Shown: one piece after another, positions 9,195-17,198 of the stretch
Layout of the letters: each line of letters opens with the position of its first letter
How positions within the stretch are numbered: position 1 is the stretch's first letter
IMG/VR virus record: IMGVR_UViG_3300033153_008203
Coordinates: 32,001 to 96,000 of that record
Strand: one strand, 5' to 3'
DNA: 64,000 nucleotides
Source of the DNA: a virus
The notes under the pieces: model-generated
The model's input: only the letters and a program-made list of their open reading frames with translations
The model's database searches: none
What the model was told of the DNA's origin: nothing
Program-made: the position numbers and the translations under genes

Positions 9195-9767
9195 ATGACA
9201 TGTATAGTAGGATACGTTGATGGAAATGATATTTATATGGGTGGAGATAGGGCAGGAGTTGGTGGTTATAGTTTAAGGGTTAGAGATGACACTAAAGTGT
9301 TTAGAACTGATGACTTTGTCTTTGGTTACACAAGCTCTTTTAGGATGGGACAGCTTATAAGGTTTAAGTTTAAGCCACCTAAGCATCATCCTGATATTGA
9401 GAACTTTGAATATATGTGCACCTCTTTTATAGACACACTTAGGGATTGTCTTAAAGATGGAGGCTATGCTAAAAACTCTAATAACGTAGAGACAGGCGGC
9501 ACATTTTTGGTAGGTTATAAGGGAACCATCTATCAGATATGCAATGACTTTCAGGTCTCAATCCAGTCTACTAATTTTGATGCTTGTGGTTGTGGTGAAG
9601 AGTATGCGATGGGGGCTATGAATATTTTATATAAGGATAAGAAAATGTCCCCGCAAGAAAAAGTAGAAACAGCATTGAAGTCAGCAGAAAGTTTTTCAGC
9701 AGGAGTAAGAGGCCCGTTTGATGTCATAAAGCTTGAAGGAGAAAAGGATGCTAAAAATAAAAAATAA
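9195..9767 (+). CDS. HslV/proteasome-like Ntn peptidase
   Basis: N-terminal MTCIVG (Thr nucleophile), GGD, KVF, CGCG..YAMG, SAGV. Confidence 0.8.
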   Translation: MTCIVGYVDGNDIYMGGDRAGVGGYSLRVRDDTKVFRTDDFVFGYTSSFRMGQLIRFKFKPPKHHPDIENFEYMCTSFIDTLRDCLKDGGYAKNSNNVETGGTFLVGYKGTIYQICNDFQVSIQSTNFDACGCGEEYAMGAMNILYKDKKMSPQEKVETALKSAESFSAGVRGPFDVIKLEGEKDAKNKK

Positions 9768-9888
9768 AAAAGGAGAGACAATAGCTACACTAGAAGACGA
9801 AGATGAAGCACCACAGTTCATCAAAGATAAGAAAGACAAAGATGAGGACACAGACGATGAGAGAAAAGACGAAGACGAAGAGGTATAA
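9748..9888 (+). CDS. Small acidic hypothetical protein (46 aa, below the ORF-track cutoff)
   Basis: MLKIKNKKGETIATLEDEDEAPQF...DEDEEV, preceded by AAGGAG. Confidence 0.45.
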   Translation: MLKIKNKKGETIATLEDEDEAPQFIKDKKDKDEDTDDERKDEDEEV

Positions 9889-10066
9889 AGTTTCACTTTC
9901 AATAGAAACGATCAAAGTGTTAAAAGAAGTTATGGAAGATCATCTTAAAGAAGAACCTAAAAGCAAATGGACTAAAGATTATCATAGAACTATCTCAAAC
10001 CTTAATACAGTAATCAATAAACATAATAAGGAGACAAAAGAAAATGGACATGAATCAAAGAATTAA
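9803..10066 (+). CDS. Hypothetical basic protein (true start probably about 9857)
   Basis: ORF in operon; RYKVSLSIETIKVL is ribbon-helix-helix-like. Confidence 0.5.
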   Translation: MKHHSSSKIRKTKMRTQTMREKTKTKRYKVSLSIETIKVLKEVMEDHLKEEPKSKWTKDYHRTISNLNTVINKHNKETKENGHESKN

Positions 10067-10337
10067 AGACAACTCAAAAAATATGAAATGTGTATGCGGT
10101 AACGCCTGGCTACAGGAGATTAGTGTTGCACAGTTCAATGGAGACATGGTAGTTGCACTTGGACAGAAGCTACAGAGATTATCTGAGACATTTATAGCAT
10201 ATTACTGCCCAAGGTGTGGAGACTTCACAATGCCTAAGGTTCATCTGACTACTCAAGATGGTATTAGAAAAGAGTATGACGAAATGTATGATGAGCTTGC
10301 AGCGCCTATGCCGGTGCCGGAAGAAACAGAGAAGTAA
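10044..10337 (+). CDS. Zinc-ribbon hypothetical protein
   Basis: CVCG...CPRCG; AAGGAG RBS. Confidence 0.7.
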   Translation: MDMNQRIKDNSKNMKCVCGNAWLQEISVAQFNGDMVVALGQKLQRLSETFIAYYCPRCGDFTMPKVHLTTQDGIRKEYDEMYDELAAPMPVPEETEK

Positions 10338-10371
10338 GGTGGCACTTGTTAGACTAGAGGAGGAGTATAGT

Positions 10372-10641
10372 ATGGAAAGCGTATTTGAAAAATGGAAAGA
10401 AACGATAAAAACTATAAGTCCTACTCCTTCTACTTGGACTACAATTGGTACGTCTGCGACTGGAGAAGTTTATATCGAGCCTTATGTTTCTTCTGAGTTT
10501 ATTTCCATGTCAATGGTAGTTGACGAAAAATGGATTGGAACTATTGTTAAAGATGAGCCAGAGCCAATTAAACCAGCTAAGCCTATTAAAAGGTACAGTA
10601 AAAGAGAATTTAAAAAGAAGCTGAAGGAACTCTGTGGCTAA
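10372..10641 (+). CDS. Hypothetical protein
   Basis: GAGGAGGAG RBS before ATG 10372. Confidence 0.55.
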   Translation: MESVFEKWKETIKTISPTPSTWTTIGTSATGEVYIEPYVSSEFISMSMVVDEKWIGTIVKDEPEPIKPAKPIKRYSKREFKKKLKELCG

Positions 10642-11167
10642 AGCATCTAGATTTAGGTATAGTTATAGAAGCAATGCTAGCAAGTTACACAAGGCAGTTG
10701 GGGAGGTCCTTAGGACCGACCCGCTGCTGAAGTGTTACAAGGCCTACCAAGAATATCCTGTCAATAGGATTAACCCAGATTATCCAAATGGCTCACATAA
10801 GTTCGATTGGTGTATCCCTGACTTAAAATGCGTGATTGAAGCACATGGACAACAACATTATGCGCAAAATTCTTTCTTCCATAAAACAGAGGCTGACTTT
10901 ATCGAACAACAAAGAAGAGACAGAGAGAAGAAAGCTGCTGCTGAAGAAGCAGGTTGGACTTATGTCGAGGTTAGATATGATGAAGAATTGGATCCAAGCA
11001 TATTAGTTGACCTTGCTATTAAAAATAGTGCGCCAATTAAAAAGAAAGAGAAGAGTCCTGGGATGTCTGATGACCAAAAGGCTTGGGCCAGGCTCAAACG
11101 CAAGGAAGCAAGCAAGAGTAAAAAAGAGTATATTAAAAAGCTCAAACATAGTAAGTCCTCTGATTAG
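10634..11167 (+). CDS. Vsr/DUF559-like PD-(D/E)XK endonuclease
   Basis: QEYP...FDW...VIEAHGQQHY...RDREK...GWTYVEV pattern. Confidence 0.8.
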   Translation: MAKASRFRYSYRSNASKLHKAVGEVLRTDPLLKCYKAYQEYPVNRINPDYPNGSHKFDWCIPDLKCVIEAHGQQHYAQNSFFHKTEADFIEQQRRDREKKAAAEEAGWTYVEVRYDEELDPSILVDLAIKNSAPIKKKEKSPGMSDDQKAWARLKRKEASKSKKEYIKKLKHSKSSD

Positions 11168-11553
11168 GTTAGTTTAAATTCGGCTGAATAAATGATTAGC
11201 TCTGTGTATGACTCTGGTACTTTTTGTCCACCTATGCTACACCTGTGCTGAGATATATATTTATAGCTATCATCAGGTATGACTTCTATCTCAACTAGAC
11301 TATCACATATTAGTTTGTTAGCACATATGTAGTTGTCTGGATCTCTTCTACGGTTGTCTTTAAAATGAGAGATAGTTTCTACTATTAATGGATAATCTGA
11401 CTCTTTTATAATAGGGACGCTTTGCTTATTGATTTGAAAATATCCCCGCCAAACCTTCTTATGCTTGTCTCGTTTTGACCAGTGGTTCTGGCTATACCAT
11501 TCGTTCAAAGAGCAGCTTACCATCGGGATCTTTAGTCTAAATAATTCTTTCAT
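11164..11553 (-). CDS. rusA: RusA-family Holliday junction resolvase
   Basis: SLNEWY, RRRDPDNY..ANKLICDSL...IPDDS. Confidence 0.82.
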   Translation of the reverse strand: MKELFRLKIPMVSCSLNEWYSQNHWSKRDKHKKVWRGYFQINKQSVPIIKESDYPLIVETISHFKDNRRRDPDNYICANKLICDSLVEIEVIPDDSYKYISQHRCSIGGQKVPESYTELIIYSAEFKLT

Positions 11554-12287
11554 CGTATAACTCCTGGCGCGAACCTGTTTCCCTTGTTAAGGTTTTCTTT
11601 AACCGTGATAATTTGTAAGTTGTTTTCCACGTGTAATCCACTCGCCAACGAAGCTCTTAATGGGATTATGTGGTCTACCACAAATGTTTCCGTACACCCT
11701 GATGTTTTGGCTGCAAGATTAATCTCTTCGCAATCCTTGTAGATCTCTCTAATTGCGTCTAGATTAGCCCAGGATACTGTACGCTGAAGCTTAGCAGCAC
11801 GTCTTTTTGCAGTCTGATACTTAACCTTGCCTAAATTGTTCTTCACCCATTGTCTTCTGTTTTTTCTACACTTATCAAGATTGTCAACTCTCCATTGTTT
11901 AGCTCTATCAGACTCTTGCTCTAAATTGTCAAGCCTATATTGTCTTTGGTAAGCTCTAAGTGACTCTCTATTATTGCTTCTGTAAATAGCTCTAAGTTCT
12001 AGTGTCGCTTCTTTATTGTTGTGTCTATCCTCTCTTGATACAGTATTGAGCCTGTCTTTGTTTTTGTCTCTAAAGCCTTTTCTTTGTAAGCTAATCGCAT
12101 CACTATTGTTTTGCCTATATTCTTTACTATTAGCGGCTAGTCTTTCTTTATTCTTAGCGTAATAGTTACTCATACACTTTTTGCAATATGTTTGTCTATT
12201 GTCTTTAGTGTTTTTGTTTTTTCCGAACATGTCTAGTAGCTTAAATTCTCCACATGGCCCAGTACATTTCTTAGTTGATGTTTTCAT
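11550..12287 (-). CDS. HNH homing endonuclease (intact) with zinc finger and 15-aa helical repeats
   Basis: CTGPC...CKKC; about seven 15-aa N-x repeats; VDHIIPL...GLHVENNLQII...NLNKGN. Confidence 0.88.
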   Translation of the reverse strand: MKTSTKKCTGPCGEFKLLDMFGKNKNTKDNRQTYCKKCMSNYYAKNKERLAANSKEYRQNNSDAISLQRKGFRDKNKDRLNTVSREDRHNNKEATLELRAIYRSNNRESLRAYQRQYRLDNLEQESDRAKQWRVDNLDKCRKNRRQWVKNNLGKVKYQTAKRRAAKLQRTVSWANLDAIREIYKDCEEINLAAKTSGCTETFVVDHIIPLRASLASGLHVENNLQIITVKENLNKGNRFAPGVIR

Positions 12288-12313
12288 ATTATAGTATTAA
12301 ACAAGTACTAAAC

Positions 12314-13099
12314 TTATCTTCCTTCTAATATCTTTATTTTTCTAAATATCTTTTCCATGTGTACTGTTATTGTGTCTTTGCTGCGCCCTAGGCGTTTAGC
12401 TATTACAGTAATCCCTTCTCCTTTTGTGAAGTAAAGATATATTAGGAATCTTTGATATGGGGTAAGCTTTTTAAAAATCCACTTATCGCAGTGAATCACC
12501 CAGCAAAGCGATATGTCATCTGGATGAATCTTCTTGTCATCTAACAAGTCGCTTATGCTTTTGCTTTGCTGCTCAAAAAATAATGTGTTTTGTGACACTA
12601 GTTCTATAGCTACATCAGATTCTATAGCTTCTCCTTCATATTCAAGCTCTTCAATATGAAACAAAGGATCACGACTCAATCTACACAAATAGTTTCTCAG
12701 TTTCCAGCGAAAATATCTTGTAGCATAACGCATAAAGTTTATGCCTTCTCTCTTCTCATACTTGTCTAGCAACACTATGAAGATAACTACGTATTCATTA
12801 AAAAGATCTGAGTGATCATAAGCGAACAGAGTTGCAGCGATGTTTGCCTTGACTTCACTAAAGCTCTTCTTTGAACCGTCCTTAGTACTGACAAACAGTC
12901 TTAAGAACTCCTGAGCATCACGGTTGTCGTAAGCATTCTCTTTGCTTCCCTTAGTTAGCTTAACATACTTAAGAAGATAAGGAGTAAAAATATCTATGAG
13001 AAGAGAAAGAGCGGCAGGTTTTTTAGGCCCACCACTCTGATATGTTGCTACAATATCGTCTATCTCTTCTAGAGTATAGTCTGTCTTTTTAGATGCCAT
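12314..13099 (-). CDS. Phage-encoded sigma70-family sigma factor-like protein
   Basis: Region 2-like DLFNE...LLDKYE...INFMRYATRYFRWKLRNY; region 4 LTPYQRFLIYLYF..GEGITVIAKRLGRSKDTI. Confidence 0.75.
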   Translation of the reverse strand: MASKKTDYTLEEIDDIVATYQSGGPKKPAALSLLIDIFTPYLLKYVKLTKGSKENAYDNRDAQEFLRLFVSTKDGSKKSFSEVKANIAATLFAYDHSDLFNEYVVIFIVLLDKYEKREGINFMRYATRYFRWKLRNYLCRLSRDPLFHIEELEYEGEAIESDVAIELVSQNTLFFEQQSKSISDLLDDKKIHPDDISLCWVIHCDKWIFKKLTPYQRFLIYLYFTKGEGITVIAKRLGRSKDTITVHMEKIFRKIKILEGR

Positions 13100-13964
13100 C
13101 GTCTTTATCACAGTGTTCCCTGTACGAACAATACGCACAAGCCCAGTCTCCTATAGGATATTTCTCTGGGTTACGCTTGTAGTTCTCGTACTTGGTCTTG
13201 GCTACCTCACCACGTGCCTGTTGTATTTCAACTTGCTCTGGCGTATAGGTCTTAACAAAATCAGATGGAGGAAGCTGCTTCTTGTCTATATAGTCTTGAG
13301 CTAACCTATACCTGTCATGTATGTCTTCTACCGCGAATGCTTTAAAAAGTGTTCCGTCGATTCTTGGATAGTGTCTACCATCATCTTCAACAAGCTCAAT
13401 TATGAATTGCTTACGTTCTTTATTCTCAAGATTGAAGTAGAGCAACACTCCTTTTTTAACTTGATCCCTAAACTCATACAAATAGAGCATCAACTGTAGT
13501 AAGTGTGCCGGCTTAGCCTTTCCTTTAGTAGACTTGTTTCCAGCTACCTCTTTCCAGCTGTAGTAGCCCGCAGTGGTCTTGAGCTCTACTATAACAAGTT
13601 CTTTTGTAGCTGGGTCTTCTACGAGAACGTCTATTTCCCCTGAAAGCTTAATGTCGGTGTTAAAAAACTTTTGGCTATTTGCTCTCCAAATTCCTGCTTG
13701 TTTACACTGCTCAATGTACCAGTCTTCAAATATATTGCCGCAGGCAAACGTATAAAAAGTCCTAGTATTAAAAGGCTCTGGTGTAGCACCAGTACAGCGA
13801 TAATACATAGCTCTGATGCAGGCTCCTTTTATCATGTCTTCGTCATAACCAGTGTGGTGATACATAACGGAGGCCTGCGAGGGATACATGTTTGATCTAT
13901 TTCTATAGCTTTTAAGAATAGATTCTTTGCCAACATGATTGTCTATTAGTTTCATTAAATCCAT
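13089..13964 (-). CDS. Cas4-like/RecB-family exonuclease
   Basis: YPSQAS, GACIRAMYY, SGEIDVL, IVELKT, QLMLY, CAYCSYREHC. Confidence 0.85.
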   Translation of the reverse strand: MDLMKLIDNHVGKESILKSYRNRSNMYPSQASVMYHHTGYDEDMIKGACIRAMYYRCTGATPEPFNTRTFYTFACGNIFEDWYIEQCKQAGIWRANSQKFFNTDIKLSGEIDVLVEDPATKELVIVELKTTAGYYSWKEVAGNKSTKGKAKPAHLLQLMLYLYEFRDQVKKGVLLYFNLENKERKQFIIELVEDDGRHYPRIDGTLFKAFAVEDIHDRYRLAQDYIDKKQLPPSDFVKTYTPEQVEIQQARGEVAKTKYENYKRNPEKYPIGDWACAYCSYREHCDKDDGI

Positions 13965-13975
13965 ATGTATCCTCC

Positions 13976-14170
13976 TTATAGTGCGTCTTGAATTATTTGG
14001 ACTGTAGCTTCAAGCTGTGTCACCCTTGCTTCAAGAGTCTCTATCTCTTGTTGCTTCAATAGGCTTAGCTGCTTAAGCTGCTTCTTGCTTGCCAAATTAA
14101 CTATGATTGTTTGAAGTTGAGAAACGGCTTCTTCTAGAGCGTCTAGTCTCTGATCGTCTGTTAGTGACAT
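13976..14170 (-). CDS. Small coiled-coil protein
   Basis: Heptad pattern; translationally coupled. Confidence 0.65.
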   Translation of the reverse strand: MSLTDDQRLDALEEAVSQLQTIIVNLASKKQLKQLSLLKQQEIETLEARVTQLEATVQIIQDAL

Positions 14171-14385
14171 TAGATGCTTTCTCCTTCAGCAGTAGTTTCA
14201 ACTAACGCCTTAAGAGCAGAGATAGCTCCTGCCTTTATAGTAATTCTCTTTTCTATGTCCTTCATTGTCTCATAGCACTGCTTATATTCGTCTCTCAAAG
14301 CGCCTATGTCTTCTGCATACTTCTGTATCTCTGACGAGATTGTATCGCTACTTATTTGTTCTATTTTTTCTTTCTTTTTTGCCAT
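14170..14385 (-). CDS. Small coiled-coil protein
   Basis: AAAGGAG RBS; heptad pattern. Confidence 0.7.
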   Translation of the reverse strand: MAKKKEKIEQISSDTISSEIQKYAEDIGALRDEYKQCYETMKDIEKRITIKAGAISALKALVETTAEGESI

Positions 14386-14421
14386 GTTTATTTCTCCTTT
14401 GTTATTTGTTTTTATATATAA

Positions 14422-14450
14422 ATTATATCATAAGTTTTGTTTTTTGGAAG
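14422..14450 (-). promoter_or_regulatory. Extended -10 sigma70-type promoter for the 14385-11164 genes
   Basis: Minus strand CTTCCAAAAAACAAAACTTA-TGA-TATAAT; the downstream ATATAAAAACAA leader resembles that of P2. Confidence 0.55.
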
Positions 14451-15237
14451 GCCCTACAACTGGCAACATTTGCTCATATTTCAAATCGTTTAATGGAATA
14501 TTTTCCGGTGCTCCTGGGCCAGGATGTACCTGCTCTATCTTGTTTTTGTTGAGCTGATTTTGAGTTCTAAATTCAGTAAGCATTGTTTGAAAACCATCTC
14601 CTAAAGACCTTACTTCTTCTTTAAGTTTTTCAACGCAATAATCATACAATTCAATATCTACACTATTGGCCTCTTTTACAATACTAATAATGTCACTGTC
14701 AATGTCATCAGCCTTAATCGTATTATGCGAAGGGTTTTCTATTACGTAATAAGGAATGCTCCATGCTAATTTTTTTCTTATTAACAATATTGACTCGTCA
14801 AACATCTCTGTAATCCCTACAACAGAGAAGCTATTATTTAAGTTATGGATTGCTAGATCGATATCGACTGTTCCGCCTGACAACATTTTTGTTTGAAGGT
14901 TACTGCCTTGTTCACGAGTAGTTAGAGACTTAAGCCATTCCATATCTTGCTTGCCTGTTCTTGCTGTATGCCTATATGTTGAGAGCACTCTCTCGATTGG
15001 GTCTCTAAGCATCGTAATATAGGCACATGGACCTTTAATGTATTCGTGCATTCCGAAATACTGATGACCAGAAATAACTTCAACACTATTAAGAGTATCT
15101 ATTCCGTATATATCTACAAAGCCGCTATTATTATGTAATCCTTCTATCTGAAGCTTTCTTTCGAGACCATATTCTCGATCTATGATCATCCTTAATGTTG
15201 TACCAGCAGTCTTTGGTATGTGTAGGTTTATCAGCAT
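14428..15237 (-). CDS. Sulfotransferase (family 2-like)
   Basis: 5'-PSB loop LHIPKTAGTT, SGH, 3'-PB LRDPIERVLSTY, VGITE, N..DIELY; true start probably ATG 15237. Confidence 0.87.
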   Translation of the reverse strand: MLINLHIPKTAGTTLRMIIDREYGLERKLQIEGLHNNSGFVDIYGIDTLNSVEVISGHQYFGMHEYIKGPCAYITMLRDPIERVLSTYRHTARTGKQDMEWLKSLTTREQGSNLQTKMLSGGTVDIDLAIHNLNNSFSVVGITEMFDESILLIRKKLAWSIPYYVIENPSHNTIKADDIDSDIISIVKEANSVDIELYDYCVEKLKEEVRSLGDGFQTMLTEFRTQNQLNKNKIEQVHPGPGAPENIPLNDLKYEQMLPVVGPSKKQNL

Positions 15238-15247
15238 GCCAGTCTTT

Positions 15248-15838
15248 CTACTTCTTCGTAAAGTAGCACTGATATTTCGCGCTAACTGTAATCTCTTCTG
15301 GTTTATCACTTAAGAATTCCTCCAAAGACTTTTTAATACCAGGACAACCTTCCCACTCATAGTCGTCAAACACTATGATTCCACCTTTAACCATCTTTTG
15401 ATAAAAGTATTCCAGAACATCTACATTACATTGGTATAAATCTACATCAGAATGAACAAGGCTAAATTTTTCGCTAACCATTTCATCTACAGTTTCTGGA
15501 AACATCCCTTGATAGAATCTAGCATTACTACACTCATCCAGTGCACTCTTAACGCCATCTAACGATGTATCATTGAAGTCTCCCTCTTTGTGCATATCAA
15601 TTGAAGGATCATCTTTTGCAGGCATCCCTTGAAACGTATCAAACAAATGCACAAGCTTGTCTGGACAAGACAACGATAACAGCTTTGCTGTACCACCCTT
15701 GTATACTCCTATTTCAGCAATGTCACCGTCTAGTTTATTGGCTTTTTGTACTAGCTTAAATAGCGCTTCACACCTGTCCTTAGATACTAGTGTAAGCCCG
15801 CTCATTTTCTCATGTATTTGTTCAAACTTTTTTGACAT
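15248..15838 (-). CDS. TylF/MycF/NovP-family sugar O-methyltransferase
   Basis: GDIAEIGVYKGG, FDTFQGMP, GMFPET, HSDVDLYQ, GGIIVFDDY. Confidence 0.9.
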   Translation of the reverse strand: MSKKFEQIHEKMSGLTLVSKDRCEALFKLVQKANKLDGDIAEIGVYKGGTAKLLSLSCPDKLVHLFDTFQGMPAKDDPSIDMHKEGDFNDTSLDGVKSALDECSNARFYQGMFPETVDEMVSEKFSLVHSDVDLYQCNVDVLEYFYQKMVKGGIIVFDDYEWEGCPGIKKSLEEFLSDKPEEITVSAKYQCYFTKK

Positions 15839-16422
15839 TATATTACTCCTTTAAGTACAAGCTCATCCTTGACTCTATTAAAATCTTGCTCTATGTTATC
15901 TGTTTTCCAGAAAAAGAAAGCTCCTTTACCGTAATCCTTTTGATGCCATTCAGGACAAACCACCTTAGCATATCCAGGAAGATCTTCAGGTAACCATCCA
16001 CTCTTATGTGTATCTGGATCACTATAATCTTGAGACACCATGAGATCACCAAGAGGAGTAAAGAGTATCATCTTACATATAGATAGACTATCCATTCTTC
16101 TTAATAATTTTTGTCCATCTTCCTTGTTGAAATGCTCTATAGCATCCATAGCAAAACACATGTCATACATCCGCTTGCTTACTGCCTCGTGATCTCCCAA
16201 TACATCGGTCACATAGAATTCTCCTACATCTGAAGTAACGCCTCTATCGTCATCTATTATATCTACAAAAACCTTACTAGCAAAATCTAAATGCCTAGTG
16301 AATGGAGCGTGGCAACAACATAGATCTATCATACTAAGACTAGACGTATTGTCTCCAACTATAGCCTTTAGTATGCTACTATATGTGTCTCCTGTTCCTT
16401 GTCCATGTACGATTATTTCCAT
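15838..16422 (-). CDS. Class I SAM-dependent methyltransferase-like protein
   Basis: MIDLCC, FVDI, YDMCFAMDAIEHF, LFTPLG, HKSGW. Confidence 0.7.
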   Translation of the reverse strand: MEIIVHGQGTGDTYSSILKAIVGDNTSSLSMIDLCCCHAPFTRHLDFASKVFVDIIDDDRGVTSDVGEFYVTDVLGDHEAVSKRMYDMCFAMDAIEHFNKEDGQKLLRRMDSLSICKMILFTPLGDLMVSQDYSDPDTHKSGWLPEDLPGYAKVVCPEWHQKDYGKGAFFFWKTDNIEQDFNRVKDELVLKGVI

Positions 16423-17198
16423 TATTTTCTGAGCCTCTCTACTAAATTGTGAGCCACTTTTGGATGAGGAATAGTAAGCTCTATAGTATCCTCTATGTCC
16501 TTGCATTTCCATGGACTAAACTCTTCGTTATTCTCTTTCATTGCAACAACCCTATGATCAGGGGTGCTATCTGGACCATGAAACCATGACTGCATATCTA
16601 TTACCTTATCAACAAAAATTTTCTTGTCTCTTACCATGCCATAATGAAAGATCTTAATCTTATCTGTATGATCTTTATTGCAACTTGGTAGCTGAATTGA
16701 TTCTGCATCACTATACGTATTATATTGAGTTTTTGCTAATCTCATTACTGCATCACTACATGGCTTAGTATTATTTACTATATCAAATCGTATATACCTA
16801 TCGACATCACCGTAAAAATTATATCTTCTACACATGTATCCTTCTGGTCCCTTATGATTTATGAGTCGCCTAATATGATCGTAACTTTCTTCATGTAACA
16901 CTTCATCAGCCTGTAGCATAAAATGCCAATCAGTTTTTAAATTACTCTTTACCTTATTGGCTAGAATAGAAAGCCTTTCATAATTATTAGCACACTCCCA
17001 GTCAAGACCCTCTATAACAGTTATGTTAGAGTGTTCTCTAGCAAGCTTTCTTAAAATGTCTAACGTACCATCAGTACTCTGTGCATCTCCAACTACAACC
17101 TCATCACATACTGGTACAAGGCTCAGTATTGCCTCTTCTATACAGTAGTCAAGCTCAATTGCATTACGTATAAAAATAGATCCGCCCAAACTATTCAT
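16422..17198 (-). CDS. Glycosyltransferase family 2
   Basis: CDEVVVGDAQSTDGT, WHFMLQADE (DxD-like), IFHYG. Confidence 0.87.
   Translation of the reverse strand: MNSLGGSIFIRNAIELDYCIEEAILSLVPVCDEVVVGDAQSTDGTLDILRKLAREHSNITVIEGLDWECANNYERLSILANKVKSNLKTDWHFMLQADEVLHEESYDHIRRLINHKGPEGYMCRRYNFYGDVDRYIRFDIVNNTKPCSDAVMRLAKTQYNTYSDAESIQLPSCNKDHTDKIKIFHYGMVRDKKIFVDKVIDMQSWFHGPDSTPDHRVVAMKENNEEFSPWKCKDIEDTIELTIPHPKVAHNLVERLRK

Noticed and set aside
13089-13964. CRISPR-Cas adaptation module
   Set aside because: No cas1, cas2 or array; solo Cas4-like nucleases are common in phages.
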